A stretch of DNA of 63,016 nucleotides, counting the filler, from Nitrospirota bacterium (GTDB lineage Bacteria > UBA2233): the NCBI GenBank assembly GCA_011620345.1. It is 9 parts of 9 records of this genome, joined end to end, with 100 filler letters (N's around TTAATTAATTAA, not from the genome) between each part and the next. Parts side by side here need not be neighbours in the genome. Positions count along the whole stretch, not along the records: positions 1 to 7,676 come from WOZJ01000019.1; positions 7,777 to 15,412 come from WOZJ01000047.1; 7 more parts are not named here. One strand, written 5' to 3'. Below the pieces are notes generated by a model. The model was not told the origin of the DNA. It saw only the letters and a list, made by a program, of their open reading frames with translations, and searched no databases. Positions within the stretch are counted from its first letter, which is position 1, and every line of letters starts with the position of its first letter. Both the position numbers and the translations under genes were made by a program. This document shows positions 1-10,152 of this stretch, piece after piece.

Positions 1-96
1 GGGCTCAAGCAAAAGGCGGAAGTTTGGCGGCTTGCCAGGGTTGCTGCCCGCGGCTACACTAAAAGAAGACAAAGCCACTCAAAAAAGGAAACGACC

Positions 97-696
97 ATGA
101 ATGAAGCTCCCGTCATCCAAAGCCCGGATACGCAGCGCGAAGACAGGGTTCCGCCGGGCCAGAGGGTTACACAACAATGGCCCGTCTTGCATCACGGCGC
201 TGTCCCAATGATCGACCCGGCTGGGTGGAGCTTCAAGGCCTTTGGGCTCGTGGAGACCCCCAAAGAGTTGCGCTTCGAAGAATTTTTGGCACTCCCCAGG
301 GTTCGCGTTGCTTCTGATATCCACTGTGTGACTACCTGGAGCCGGCTGAACAACCTCTGGGAGGGCGTAGCCACCAAGGAGATTGCGAGGATCGCAAGGC
401 CCCTGCCCAATGCCCGCTTCGTCCTCGTGCACGCGTTTGGCGGGTTCAGCGCGAACCTCCCCCTGGAAGAGTTCTTGGCCGAGGATGTGCTCTTTGCCCT
501 CACTCACGACGGGAAACCGCTTACACCGGAGCACGGCTATCCTGTTAGGCTCGTCGTCCCGCGCCTGTATTTTTGGAAGAGCGCCAAATGGGTGACGGGG
601 GTGGAGTTTGTAGAGCATGACACCCCCGGCTTTTGGGAGTCGGTAGGCTACCATAACCACGGCGACCCCTGGAAGGAGGAACGCTATGGCCGCTAG
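97..696 (+). CDS. Sulfite oxidase-like molybdopterin oxidoreductase (YuiH/MsrP-like, no signal peptide)
   Basis: Motifs [15 protein letters not shown] (Mo-ligating Cys), [24 protein letters not shown] and [14 protein letters not shown]. Confidence 0.9.
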   Translation: MNEAPVIQSPDTQREDRVPPGQRVTQQWPVLHHGAVPMIDPAGWSFKAFGLVETPKELRFEEFLALPRVRVASDIHCVTTWSRLNNLWEGVATKEIARIARPLPNARFVLVHAFGGFSANLPLEEFLAEDVLFALTHDGKPLTPEHGYPVRLVVPRLYFWKSAKWVTGVEFVEHDTPGFWESVGYHNHGDPWKEERYGR

Positions 697-2785
697 GACA
701 AACCGCCTCATACACGAAAAGAGCCCCTACTTGTTGCAGCACGCCTCCAACCCCGTGGACTGGTGGCCTTGGTGCGATGAGGCCTTTTTGGATGCCAAGA
801 GGCTCGATCGCCCCGTTTTCCTATCGATCGGCTATTCAAGCTGCCATTGGTGCCATGTAATGGAAAAGGAATCGTTTGACGACCCCGAGGTGGCCCAGGC
901 ACTGAACGATGCCTTCGTATGTATCAAGGTCGACAAAGAAGAGCGGCCCGACATCGATCAGCTCTACATGGGCGCTTGCCAGGCGTTTACAGGCTCTGGC
1001 GGATGGCCTCTCAGTATCTTCCTCACGTGGGACAAGAGCCCTTTTTTTGCAGCTACCTACATTCCGAAGCATACGAGCTTTGGTCGTCTTGGGCTTATTG
1101 AGCTCACCCAAAGGATCTCCGAGCTCTGGAAAAACGAAAGGGAAAGGCTGATTGCCCCAGCTAGGCAGGTGCTAGACGCACTCCAAAAAGGCCCCGAATC
1201 CAAGAGCGAGCGACTGCCCGGGCCAGAGCTGCTCGATTCGGCCTATCTTATGCTTGAACACGCCTTCGATCCTGAATTCGGCGGGTTCGGCCAAGCGCCA
1301 AAATTTCCCTCACCGACAAACCTGCTTTTCCTCCTTCGATACCATGCCCGGGCGGGCGAGGAAAAACCCCTTTTGATGGTGCTTGAAACGCTCAAAAAGA
1401 TGCGCTTAGGCGGCATCTACGATCATTTAGGGTTTGGGTTCCACCGCTACGCCACCGACAGGGCTTGGCGCGCCCCCCACTTTGAAAAGATGCTCTACGA
1501 CCAGGCGCTCCTTTCTTACGCCTATATCGAGGCCTTTCGAGTCAGCAAAGACCCTTTGTTTGCAAGGACGGCTCAAGAGACGATTTCCTACGTTCTCTCT
1601 TGCCTGACCTCGAAAGAGGGGGCTTTTTGGAGCTCCCAAGATGCCGATTCGGAAGGCGAGGAAGGAAAGTACTACCTCTTCGAAGCCTCCGAGATCGAAA
1701 AAGGCCTCTCATTAAGCGAGGCGGCCTTCATTAAGGAAATCTTTGGCATAAAAGAAGAAGGCAACTTCTTGGAGCCCGTCAACCAGGCTAGAACGGGCAA
1801 GAACGTGCTGGCCCTTCAAGGGCCGCCGGATGTCCTCGCAAAAAGACTCGACATGAGCTTGGAAGCCTTTTGGAAGACGCTAGAGGCCATCCGCCAAAAG
1901 CTGCTGGCCTTTCGGAACGGACGTACCCATCCAACGACCGACGACAAAATCCTTTTGGACTGGAACTCGCTGATGATCATCGCGCTCGCCAAAGGAGCAA
2001 GGGTGCTGAACGACGAAAGCCTGCTCAACGCTGCAAAGGCCGCGATGGGGTTTGCGTGGGAGCGCATGCGCAGTCCGGACGGAGAATTGTTCCATGCCTA
2101 CAAAGATAGGCCGCTCGCCCCGGGATTCCTCGATGATTACGCCTTCCTCGCCTGGGCGCTGATCGAGCTCTACGAATCGAGCTTTGAAGTGGCCTACCTG
2201 AAGAAAGCCAGGGAGGTACTAGATCGGCTGCTCGAGACGTTCTTCGATGCCCCGAGCGCAACCTTCTTCTTTAGCCCCAAAGGCCTCGAAGACCTTCCTG
2301 TTCGTACAAGAAGGCTTGAAGATTCGGCCCTGCCGTCTGGCAGCGCCGTGACCATTATGGCGCTGCTCAAGCTCTCCATGGCCCTTGCCGACCCTGGTTA
2401 CGAGCGCTTGGCAAAAGAAGCGCTCCAGGGGTCCGCGGCCTGGGTAGAACAGGCCCCGCACGCGTTTGCGTCTTTTTTGTGCGCCATGGATGTTGCGCTC
2501 GGGCCGAGTTCAGAGGTGGTTTTAGCCTCGACCGACCCTTCCAGCGAAGAAGCCCTGGCATTCCTGAGGGCGCTTTGGAGCGCCTACCTGCCTAGGACAA
2601 TCGTTCTTTTAAGGCCAACGGCCGAGGGCTTTTTTGAGCGTGACATCGCTACGCTCACCCCTTTTCGAAAGGGCCTTTCGCCGATCAGCGAAAAGCCTTC
2701 GGCCTACCTCTGCCGAGGAACGCGCTGCGAGCCCCCGACACACGACGTTCAATCCCTTATCGGCCGTATACGTTCCAACCCATAG
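686..2785 (+). CDS. Thioredoxin-domain protein of YyaL/SSP411 (DUF255) family
   Basis: [48 protein letters not shown]; overlaps upstream gene by 11 bp. Confidence 0.92.
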   Translation: MAARTNRLIHEKSPYLLQHASNPVDWWPWCDEAFLDAKRLDRPVFLSIGYSSCHWCHVMEKESFDDPEVAQALNDAFVCIKVDKEERPDIDQLYMGACQAFTGSGGWPLSIFLTWDKSPFFAATYIPKHTSFGRLGLIELTQRISELWKNERERLIAPARQVLDALQKGPESKSERLPGPELLDSAYLMLEHAFDPEFGGFGQAPKFPSPTNLLFLLRYHARAGEEKPLLMVLETLKKMRLGGIYDHLGFGFHRYATDRAWRAPHFEKMLYDQALLSYAYIEAFRVSKDPLFARTAQETISYVLSCLTSKEGAFWSSQDADSEGEEGKYYLFEASEIEKGLSLSEAAFIKEIFGIKEEGNFLEPVNQARTGKNVLALQGPPDVLAKRLDMSLEAFWKTLEAIRQKLLAFRNGRTHPTTDDKILLDWNSLMIIALAKGARVLNDESLLNAAKAAMGFAWERMRSPDGELFHAYKDRPLAPGFLDDYAFLAWALIELYESSFEVAYLKKAREVLDRLLETFFDAPSATFFFSPKGLEDLPVRTRRLEDSALPSGSAVTIMALLKLSMALADPGYERLAKEALQGSAAWVEQAPHAFASFLCAMDVALGPSSEVVLASTDPSSEEALAFLRALWSAYLPRTIVLLRPTAEGFFERDIATLTPFRKGLSPISEKPSAYLCRGTRCEPPTHDVQSLIGRIRSNP

Positions 2786-2869
2786 CCTTGAGGTACTCCT
2801 AAGGGCCATGCTAGTGTAAGAATACAAACCTAGCTACATTTTCTAACAACTTTACTGGGAGGGTTCTCG

Positions 2870-3307
2870 ATGTCCATGGCACAAAAACGCGTTTCCGATG
2901 AGCTTTTGGGCCTTCTCAACGAAGCGATCGCAAACGAGCTGCAAGGCTCCATCCAGTACATGTGGCAGCACGTGCTTGCGATGGGTATCAAAGGCCATGC
3001 CGTGAAAGGCGAGTTTAGGAAAATCGCGATAGTCGAGATGAAGCACGCCGAGGCGATCGCCGAACGGTTGCATTATCTGGGCGGCGTACCGACCACTCAG
3101 ACCACCCCAATCGTGGTCGGAGACTCGCTCAAGGCGATGATCGAGCAGGACAAGCGTGACGAAGAGAAGGCCATCGCGCTGTACATCAAGGTCCTCGAGC
3201 AGGCAGAAAAAGAGAACGACCCCGTCACGAAAAAGCTCTTTGAGGATATCCTCGAGGACGAACAAGAACATCACCATACGTTCACGATGCTCCTGGAGGA
3301 TCTCTAG
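2870..3307 (+). CDS. Bacterioferritin/ferritin-like diiron protein
   Basis: NELQGSIQY, EMKHAEAIAERL, EDEQEH ferroxidase pattern; GGGAGG upstream of ATG. Confidence 0.85.
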   Translation: MSMAQKRVSDELLGLLNEAIANELQGSIQYMWQHVLAMGIKGHAVKGEFRKIAIVEMKHAEAIAERLHYLGGVPTTQTTPIVVGDSLKAMIEQDKRDEEKAIALYIKVLEQAEKENDPVTKKLFEDILEDEQEHHHTFTMLLEDL

Positions 3308-3310
3308 CCG

Positions 3311-4480
3311 GTGCTAGACCTTTACCAAACGGAGGGACTCCTTCCGGAATCCTCACGTATATTACGGCATTCGGTTAGGGAGTTCCTCGAAAAGGAGGTC
3401 CGTCCCGGGATTCTCGAGGCCTTCCATACCGAGACGCCGCCCGACATGCGCGCGCTCGCGCCAAAAATGGGTGCGCTCGGGATGTTGGGCGCCTTCATCC
3501 CGGAGGAAGATGGAGGGCCGGGCGGGAGCTATTGCGATTACGGCGTCGTATGCCAGGAGGCAGAAAGGCTCGATTCAAGCCTAAGGAGCTTTATCGCCGT
3601 CATTTCGGCGCTCGTCATGTATCCCATCTGGCGTTTCGGTTCCGAGGCCCAAAAGCGGCGCTGGCTGCCCGCCCTAGCCAAGGGGGAGGCTATCGGCTGC
3701 TTTGGGCTCACCGAGCCCAACGCGGGCTCGGACCCTGCCTCGATGGAGACCAAGGCCAGGAAGGTCCAGGCTGGCTGGGTGCTCAAGGGACGAAAACAGT
3801 GGATTTCGGAGGCCTCGATTGCGGATTTTGCGATCGTTTGGGCAAAGACCGAAGAGGGTATAAGAGGGTTCTTGATCGAGCGTGGCACGGAGGGGTTCGA
3901 GACCAGCACAATCAAAAAAAAAGGCTCGATGCGCGCCTCGGACGTGGGCGAGTTGATCCTAGAAGACGCCTTCGTTCCCGATGAGGCGCTCCTTCTAAAA
4001 TCCTCGGGTCTAAAGACCCCGCTAAGCTGCCTTACCCAGGCCCGTTTTGGGATCGCTTGGGGAGCCTTGGGGGCTGCAGAAGATTGTTTTGAGGCCGCGC
4101 TGAACTATGCCAAAGATCGTAAGCAGTTCGGTGCCCCGATCGCCTCCTACCAGCTCGTCCAAAAAAAGCTTGTGGACATGTTTATCGGCATTACGCAAGG
4201 CAAGCTCCTCGTCGCCCGGCTTGCCAGGCTCATGCAGGAAGGCAAGGCAAGCTTCCAGGCGGTTAGCCTTGCCAAAAAGGTCAACGTGGCGCTTGCTCGA
4301 GAGTGCGCGGCTATCTCGCGCGAGCTTCTTGGCGCCAACGGGATCGCGCTCGAATACCCACCCATCCGCCACATGATGAACATCGAGAGCGTCTACACCT
4401 ACGAAGGCACCGACGACATGCATACGCTCATCCTGGGCGAGGCCTTGACAGGGATCGGCGCCTTTGCGAAAGAAGCCTAA
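3311..4480 (+). CDS. Acyl-CoA dehydrogenase, glutaryl-CoA dehydrogenase-like
   Basis: GCFGLTEPNAGSDP, RKQFGAPIASYQLVQ, LGANGI, ESVYTYEGT. Confidence 0.88.
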   Translation: MLDLYQTEGLLPESSRILRHSVREFLEKEVRPGILEAFHTETPPDMRALAPKMGALGMLGAFIPEEDGGPGGSYCDYGVVCQEAERLDSSLRSFIAVISALVMYPIWRFGSEAQKRRWLPALAKGEAIGCFGLTEPNAGSDPASMETKARKVQAGWVLKGRKQWISEASIADFAIVWAKTEEGIRGFLIERGTEGFETSTIKKKGSMRASDVGELILEDAFVPDEALLLKSSGLKTPLSCLTQARFGIAWGALGAAEDCFEAALNYAKDRKQFGAPIASYQLVQKKLVDMFIGITQGKLLVARLARLMQEGKASFQAVSLAKKVNVALARECAAISRELLGANGIALEYPPIRHMMNIESVYTYEGTDDMHTLILGEALTGIGAFAKEA

Positions 4481-4601
4481 GCGTGGCCAGGCCAGCTTCG
4501 GCTTGGCCCGTAATCCAAGAGGCCTCTTGCCTTCTGGCCGTAGGCGCGTTTGATGTTTGAACGTTCGATGGTGGGCGGCCAAGTTTGAATAGCACCCTTC
4601 G

Positions 4602-4955
4602 ATGAACCTTGCCCCTGCCCTGCTTTGGCTAGCCTGCGTTTCGCTGAACACGATCGGCCATCTTGCCTTCAAGCAAGCCGCGCTCCTAGGGACAAGACGG
4701 CCACTCGGACACGGGCCCCAGACATCGGGCAAGGCTTGGATTGGCGTTGGCGTGGCCTCGTTCATGTTTCGGTTTTTTAGCTGGCTTGCGCTTCTTTCCT
4801 TGGTCCCGCTTTCAAAGGCCATCCTAATCGTTTCGTGCGACATCGTGGCGGTCATGCTTGGCGGGAGGGTCTTCTTTGCGGAAGCGCTCTCAGTTCCGCG
4901 CATCGTGGCCGCCTTGCTCATCGGGGCAGGCGTGGCGCTCGTTGGGGTCAGTTAA
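4602..4955 (+). CDS. Small DMT (EamA/SMR-like) membrane transporter subunit
   Basis: 117 aa, about 4 hydrophobic segments, VPLSKA and FFAEALS..RI...LI..GV pattern. Confidence 0.7.
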   Translation: MNLAPALLWLACVSLNTIGHLAFKQAALLGTRRPLGHGPQTSGKAWIGVGVASFMFRFFSWLALLSLVPLSKAILIVSCDIVAVMLGGRVFFAEALSVPRIVAALLIGAGVALVGVS

Positions 4956-4956
4956 A

Positions 4957-5373
4957 GTGTTGCGGGCTTACCTACTCCTCGGGTTTTTTTTACTTACTTG
5001 CTTCGACACCACTGCACAAGTAGGGCTTAAGGTCGCCGCAGAGAGCATATCCCCAGCGCGCCTGGGTGCAGCTTGGCTGGCTCGCGTGTTTTTAGAGCCC
5101 GGTGTCTACTTGGCAATTGGTTGTTACTTGGGGGCGTTCGCGACATGGATTCGTCTTCTTAGGCATGTTCCCGTAGGAGTGGCGTTCGCTGCCTCCCACT
5201 TGGAAATAGTGAGCGTCCTTATCGTTTCGTACCTCTGGCTCGGCGAATCGGTAAGCCTGGCCCAGGCAGCCGGTGCGTTCCTAATCCTGCTGGGCGTTGG
5301 CGTGCTCGCTTGCTTTGAAAGAAGACCAGCCTCCCCCAAGGCCATCGGTTCGGCAGACTGCGAGAGAGCATGA
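4957..5373 (+). CDS. Small DMT (EamA/SMR-like) membrane transporter subunit
   Basis: GTG start 1 nt after the previous stop; about 4 TM segments, VPVGVAF and LGESVS...G..LILLGV pattern; paired with the preceding gene. Confidence 0.7.
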   Translation: MLRAYLLLGFFLLTCFDTTAQVGLKVAAESISPARLGAAWLARVFLEPGVYLAIGCYLGAFATWIRLLRHVPVGVAFAASHLEIVSVLIVSYLWLGESVSLAQAAGAFLILLGVGVLACFERRPASPKAIGSADCERA

Positions 5374-5556
5374 AGCATCCCACAATTTGTTTATGGGAGC
5401 CGACCTCCAGACTAAGAGCTACCTGGACAACTCCAGCGGGGAAACATTGCTTCCCGTAGGGGCCAAAGGAGGAAGCGAGGTGGTATCTAGGCCAATTTGA
5501 CGTCGTTTATGGGCTCGGTCACCCGTTTGTCAAGGACCTGAGAGCTCACGCGCAGG

Positions 5557-6915
5557 TTATAAGCTCTGGGATCGGAGGAGCTGCTCAAAGCGGTAGCGGA
5601 TGGTTCGGGCCTGGCCCGCTTCAAGCTCGAGCCGCCAAGTCAGCTCGGCCCCTTCCGTTTTGCTTGGCTTGGGCTCGGCCTCCAAGAGGTTTGCGCGGTA
5701 AGGAAGCGTCCTTACAATCTCCAGGACAACCCGCTCCTTTTTTTGATTCTTCGCTTCGATCTCGAGCGTGGACTCACTCGATTCAGGCTTTTCAACGACC
5801 TCTAGCACGCGCTCTTGCACCACGACATCCCTTGCAAACCGCGATGCAATCTCGGCCTCTTCGTTCGGCGCTACCCAGCCGAGGGCATCCTGGCCTACCC
5901 ACGCGCCCTGCTCGTAGAAATCGACCTTGCCCGGGGGAAGCGGAAACCCGAGTGTGTTGACAAACCGGTGCTTCAAGAGGACGCCGTCTCCCTCCCAGAA
6001 GTAAAAAGGCTCCAGGGCAAACGTTCCGGAAAACAACGGCAGCATAAGCGCTTCGTTCGGCCTCAACGCAACCGACCCTTCGTAGGGGAAATCCCATAGC
6101 TCTCCCTGCTCTTGTTGTGGGGCAAGGGCTTCTAGGGCCACTCCGGCAGGCTGCAGGCCCCTTGCGAACATAGGCGCCTGAACGAGCTTGGGCGATCCCA
6201 CTACAAGCGTAAGCCGTGTTTCGGGGAACCCCGTGGAAGAACGGAGCAAGCCCATCGCTTCGAGCAGCCCGGTTTGCGTTTCAAGCCTGTAGATAGGCTC
6301 CCAAGAAAGGGAATCGAAGGCTAAGTAGGACAAGGATGGGTTTGCTCCGCCGACATCGTGTGGGTTTTGAACGCGACCGATGATCGAGATCGCCAGCGGG
6401 TTCTCGAGCAAGCGCGTACGCTCGAAGGCTGGTTCCTTCGCAAATTCAAGGATTTCGACAGCGCCAATGTCTTCGTTCCTGACGACAAGTAGCTTCCCTT
6501 GCTCGATTGGCTCGAGAATCAAGGGGTCGGGGCTTGAAAAGCTCCAGCCGTCCAAGTTCTGCACGACCCCTTCGTAGGGCTTGGCGAGGTTTTTGATCTC
6601 CACACGAACACGGTCGCCAGAAAACAGCAACGGAACGCCATTCCCCTCCCCCGTCAGCGCCCTTAACGAGGCAAGCTCGATTCCCTCTACTCTAAGCGAA
6701 TCAAACCGCGCGCCTGGGGCCAGCAAGAACGTTTTCTCGATGGTTCCGCCTGGCGTTGCCGCAAGCGTTTCCCAGACGGCGGCCACGCCCGCCTGGAAGA
6801 CGCGGGTTTGCCTTAAAAGGCTCGCCTCTTTTGCCATAGTCAGGAAAGGCAGGCCCAAAAAGAGCGAAAGGACTGCGAAGATAACTAAGGGCTTCGAGTT
6901 TCTCACGCACTTCAT
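5557..6915 (-). CDS. Secreted DUF4139-like protein
   Basis: N-terminal signal peptide; SYL...LSWEPIYRL, NTLGFPLPPGKV, LTWRLELEAGQARTIRY. Confidence 0.65.
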   Translation of the reverse strand: MKCVRNSKPLVIFAVLSLFLGLPFLTMAKEASLLRQTRVFQAGVAAVWETLAATPGGTIEKTFLLAPGARFDSLRVEGIELASLRALTGEGNGVPLLFSGDRVRVEIKNLAKPYEGVVQNLDGWSFSSPDPLILEPIEQGKLLVVRNEDIGAVEILEFAKEPAFERTRLLENPLAISIIGRVQNPHDVGGANPSLSYLAFDSLSWEPIYRLETQTGLLEAMGLLRSSTGFPETRLTLVVGSPKLVQAPMFARGLQPAGVALEALAPQQEQGELWDFPYEGSVALRPNEALMLPLFSGTFALEPFYFWEGDGVLLKHRFVNTLGFPLPPGKVDFYEQGAWVGQDALGWVAPNEEAEIASRFARDVVVQERVLEVVEKPESSESTLEIEAKNQKKERVVLEIVRTLPYRANLLEAEPKPSKTEGAELTWRLELEAGQARTIRYRFEQLLRSQSL

Positions 6916-7035
6916 CCTTCTTTTTTATTTTGAAGGTTTTTTGGGCATAACCTACGTTTTTTGCATGAGCACGTTTATCCTATGGTACACTATCAAAGTC
7001 TAAATCGTCCACAAATTCCGGAAAAGGGGGTTCTC

Positions 7036-7665
7036 ATGACTTGCCGGGTGTCCATTGTTTTTTACAGCATGTACGGCCACATTTACAGGCTCGCAGAGGG
7101 ACAGGCTAAAGGGGCACGCGAAGTTCAGGACGCCGAGGTGAGCCTTTTTCAGGTGCCCGAGCTCGTCCCCGAGGACATCCTCGAAAAGAGCGGGGCCAAG
7201 AAGGCGAGGGAAGCGTTCGCGCACATCCCCGTCATGAGGCCCGAGCAACTTGCCGATGCGGACGCGCTCATCTTTGGTACGCCTACAAGGTTCGGTAACA
7301 TGTGCGCCCAAATGCGCAATTTCTTGGACCAAACAGGCGGATTGTGGATGAAAGGGGCGCTCGTGGGCAAGGTCGGCAGCGTCTTTACCTCGGCTGCCAG
7401 CCAGCACGGAGGCCATGAAACGACGCTGCTATCGTTCTATACCACCCTTTTTCACCACGGCATGATCTTGGCCGGTGTTCCCTACACCGAGCAAACCCTT
7501 TTGAGCCTCCAAGAGCCCATGGGAGGAACGCCTTACGGCGCCTCGACAGTGGTCGGAGATGGAAGCCGAATGCCGAGCGAACCCGAGCTTGCCATCGCCG
7601 GCACGCAAGGGAGACGTGTCGCCCGTCTTGCGTCGGCGCTGAAAGCCTCGAGCTACTCCGGATAA
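7036..7665 (+). CDS. wrbA: NAD(P)H:quinone oxidoreductase WrbA
   Basis: [41 protein letters not shown]; start placed at ATG after AAGGGGG. Confidence 0.93.
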   Translation: MTCRVSIVFYSMYGHIYRLAEGQAKGAREVQDAEVSLFQVPELVPEDILEKSGAKKAREAFAHIPVMRPEQLADADALIFGTPTRFGNMCAQMRNFLDQTGGLWMKGALVGKVGSVFTSAASQHGGHETTLLSFYTTLFHHGMILAGVPYTEQTLLSLQEPMGGTPYGASTVVGDGSRMPSEPELAIAGTQGRRVARLASALKASSYSG

Positions 7666-7676
7666 TGCAAAAGATT

Positions 7677-7776
7677 NNNNNNNNNNNNNNNNNNNNNNNN
7701 NNNNNNNNNNNNNNNNNNNNTTAATTAATTAANNNNNNNNNNNNNNNNNNNNNNNNNNNNNNNNNNNNNNNNNNNN
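7677..7776. other. Artificial contig spacer
   Basis: 100 bp of N with a central TTAATTAATTAA linker. Confidence 0.99.
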
Positions 7777-7937
7777 CCAGTTCCCCGATCTGGAACGATA
7801 CTGTGTGCAACTAGATGTCCTCCGAGGAACCATTTGAATGCAATGCCCATGTGCTCCAGTGTCTCAGCCTATCCTTTTTTCTTGTCAAGTTCCAAATCTG
7901 CTGCAATTTGCTCTGGCTAGGATGGCTTCCTTCGTGC

Positions 7938-7967
7938 CCTCTAAACGACAGGCCTGTCGTTTAGAGG
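7938..7967. repeat. Perfect 30-bp palindrome
   Basis: CCTCTAAACGACAGGCCTGTCGTTTAGAGG equals its own reverse complement. Confidence 0.95.
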
Positions 7968-8166
7968 AGTCTTCTTCTGAGCTGCCCTTGAAAGGCCAGC
8001 AGGGTCTGGCCCCATCCTGCCATGACCAGGATGGGCACCCTGTGGGCATGGCTACCTGTAGGACAATAGAAAAACCTTAGTATAATACTCATGGAAAGAT
8101 GGCAAGCTCAAGGAAGCGCTTGCGCTTTAAGTCCTACGGAAAGCTGTAGACAACGGGAGGTGTGTT

Positions 8167-8970
8167 ATGTCTTACGAAGACATCCTGTACGAAATCAAGG
8201 AAGGTATCGCCACGGTCACGATCAACCGGCCAAAGGTGTACAACGCATTTAGGCCCAAGACGATCGAGGAGCTGACCGATGCGTTCACAATAGGGGGAGA
8301 CGACCCAGAGGTAGGCGTCATCGTGCTTACGGGCGCGGGCGAGAAGGCCTTCTGCACGGGCGGCGACATGGGAGAATGGCACGTTGGCGAGGGCTACACG
8401 GGGGCAAGCTGGACGGGGATCGGGCTGTCTATGGAGAGGCTGCACCGCATGATCCGTTCCGTCCCCAAGCCCGTGATCGCATCCGTCAACGGCTACGCAA
8501 TCGGCGGCGGGAATGTCCTTCAGGTGCTCTGCGATTTGGCGATTGCCTCCGAAACGGCCGTCTTTGGCCAGGTTGGCCCGAAGGTCGGAAGTTTCGACGC
8601 CGGCTTCGGTACGGCCTACTTGGCGAGGCTCGTGGGCGAGAGGAAGGCCCGCGAGATCTGGATGCTCTGCAGGCGCTACTCGGCCAAGGAGGCACTCCAA
8701 ATGGGGCTGATCAACCACGTCGTGCCCCAAGATCAGCTCGCCCAAGAGACCGAGAAGTGGGCCAAGGAGGTCCTCGCTTTGTCGCCCACTGCCCTTAAGG
8801 CGATCAAGTACTCCTTCAACGCGGACACAGAGCACATCGCGGGGCTAACCAACCTCGCCATGGCCTCCGTCGGGCTGTACTACCGCACGCCCGAGTCTGG
8901 GGAGGGCCACAACGCCTTCAAAGAGAAACGGCCCACGGACTTCATGCGCTATCGAAAGCCCGGATTCTAA
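8167..8970 (+). CDS. badI: Crotonase-family ring hydrolase, BadI-like 2-ketocyclohexanecarboxyl-CoA hydrolase (MenB-related)
   Basis: AFCTGGD, IGLSMERLH, YAIGGGNVL, FGQVGPKVGS, LARLVGERKAREIW; closer by eye to BadI than to MenB, and no men genes are adjacent. Confidence 0.75.
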   Translation: MSYEDILYEIKEGIATVTINRPKVYNAFRPKTIEELTDAFTIGGDDPEVGVIVLTGAGEKAFCTGGDMGEWHVGEGYTGASWTGIGLSMERLHRMIRSVPKPVIASVNGYAIGGGNVLQVLCDLAIASETAVFGQVGPKVGSFDAGFGTAYLARLVGERKAREIWMLCRRYSAKEALQMGLINHVVPQDQLAQETEKWAKEVLALSPTALKAIKYSFNADTEHIAGLTNLAMASVGLYYRTPESGEGHNAFKEKRPTDFMRYRKPGF

Positions 8971-8973
8971 AGG

Positions 8974-10152
8974 GTGCCCGGTTTGCTTTCGGGCCTTCGG
9001 GTGCTGGATTTTACGAACCTTCTCCCCGGCCCTCTTTGCTCGATGCTGATGGCGGACTCTGGGGCCGAGGTGATCAAGATCGAGCCCCCCATGAAGGGGG
9101 ATTTAGGAAGGCAGACCGAGCCTCGCGAGGGAGGAGTCTCGCTTCGCCACCTCCAGCTCAACCGGGGAAAGAAGAGCCTTACGCTCAACCTCAAAGACAA
9201 AAGGGGAAGGGACATTCTTCGAACGCTGGCCAAGGAAGCGGACGTTCTTCTGGAGGGTTTCCGGCCGGGGGTGATGAAAAGGCTGGGCGCGGATTTCCCT
9301 AGCCTTTTTGAGGCCAACCCGCGCCTCGTCTACGGCTCGCTCGCGGGGTTTGGCCAGGATGGGCCCCTTGGCCAAACCCCTGGCCACGACATCAACTACC
9401 TAGGGTATTCCGGCGTGCTTTCGCTCATGGGGCAAAATCCGGACGAAGTGGCCATTCCGGGCGTACAAATCGCAGACGTGGGCGGGGCGCTTCTTTTCTT
9501 CTCGGGTGTTTTGATGGCGCTTTTTGCCAGGGAGCGAACTGGCCGGGGCTGCCATATCGACACTTCCCTATTTGATGCCGCAGCCTTGTTCCTTGCGCCC
9601 GTCCTGCCCGAGGCGATGACGCTGGCCGGGGGGCCAAAGCGCGGGAAATTGCGCCTAAACGGCAAATGGGCCTGTTACGGCGTTTACCCCGCCAAAGACG
9701 GCAAGTTCTTGAGCGTTGGGGCGCTCGAGCCAAAGTTTTGGAAGAGGCTCTGCGAGGCTCTAGGAAGGCCCGAGTGGGTCCCCATGCAGTACGAGCCCGG
9801 CCAAACCCAGGCCGAGCTGAAAGAAGGCCTAAGAGGCGTGTTCCTTGGCCAAGACCGCGCCTACTGGCTTGAGCGCTTCAAAGGGGAAGACGTTTGCATC
9901 GGGCCGGTTTTGGAGCCCGAAGAGGCGATCTTGGAGCCCCAAGCGCGCTCAAACGGGCTTTTTTTGGAGCTTGACCACCCAAGGGCGGGCAAACTCATCC
10001 AGCTTGGCCTTCCTTGGCGTTTCAGCTCTTTGCCCAAGGCCCCTCCGTTCAAACCCGCACCCGGGCTCGGCGAGCACACTATGGAGATTCTAAAGGGGTT
10101 GGGAATCAGCCAGGCCAAGGCTGCACAACTCAAAAAAGAGGGCGTTGTGTGA
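8974..10152 (+). CDS. Family III CoA-transferase (CaiB/BaiF)
   Basis: LRVLDF..LLPGP, VIKIEPP, NRGKKS, EGFRPGVM, GHDINY, QIAD. Confidence 0.92.
   Translation: MPGLLSGLRVLDFTNLLPGPLCSMLMADSGAEVIKIEPPMKGDLGRQTEPREGGVSLRHLQLNRGKKSLTLNLKDKRGRDILRTLAKEADVLLEGFRPGVMKRLGADFPSLFEANPRLVYGSLAGFGQDGPLGQTPGHDINYLGYSGVLSLMGQNPDEVAIPGVQIADVGGALLFFSGVLMALFARERTGRGCHIDTSLFDAAALFLAPVLPEAMTLAGGPKRGKLRLNGKWACYGVYPAKDGKFLSVGALEPKFWKRLCEALGRPEWVPMQYEPGQTQAELKEGLRGVFLGQDRAYWLERFKGEDVCIGPVLEPEEAILEPQARSNGLFLELDHPRAGKLIQLGLPWRFSSLPKAPPFKPAPGLGEHTMEILKGLGISQAKAAQLKKEGVV

Noticed and set aside
4481-4601. Hairpins upstream of the SMR/EamA pair as a possible guanidine or fluoride riboswitch
   Set aside because: I could not find the consensus features, such as twin ACGR-loop hairpins. 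An Rfam scan would settle it.
5374-5556. Gap between convergent genes with a minus-strand TTGACA and GTTTATGGG twice
   Set aside because: No convincing -10, ORF or RNA fold.
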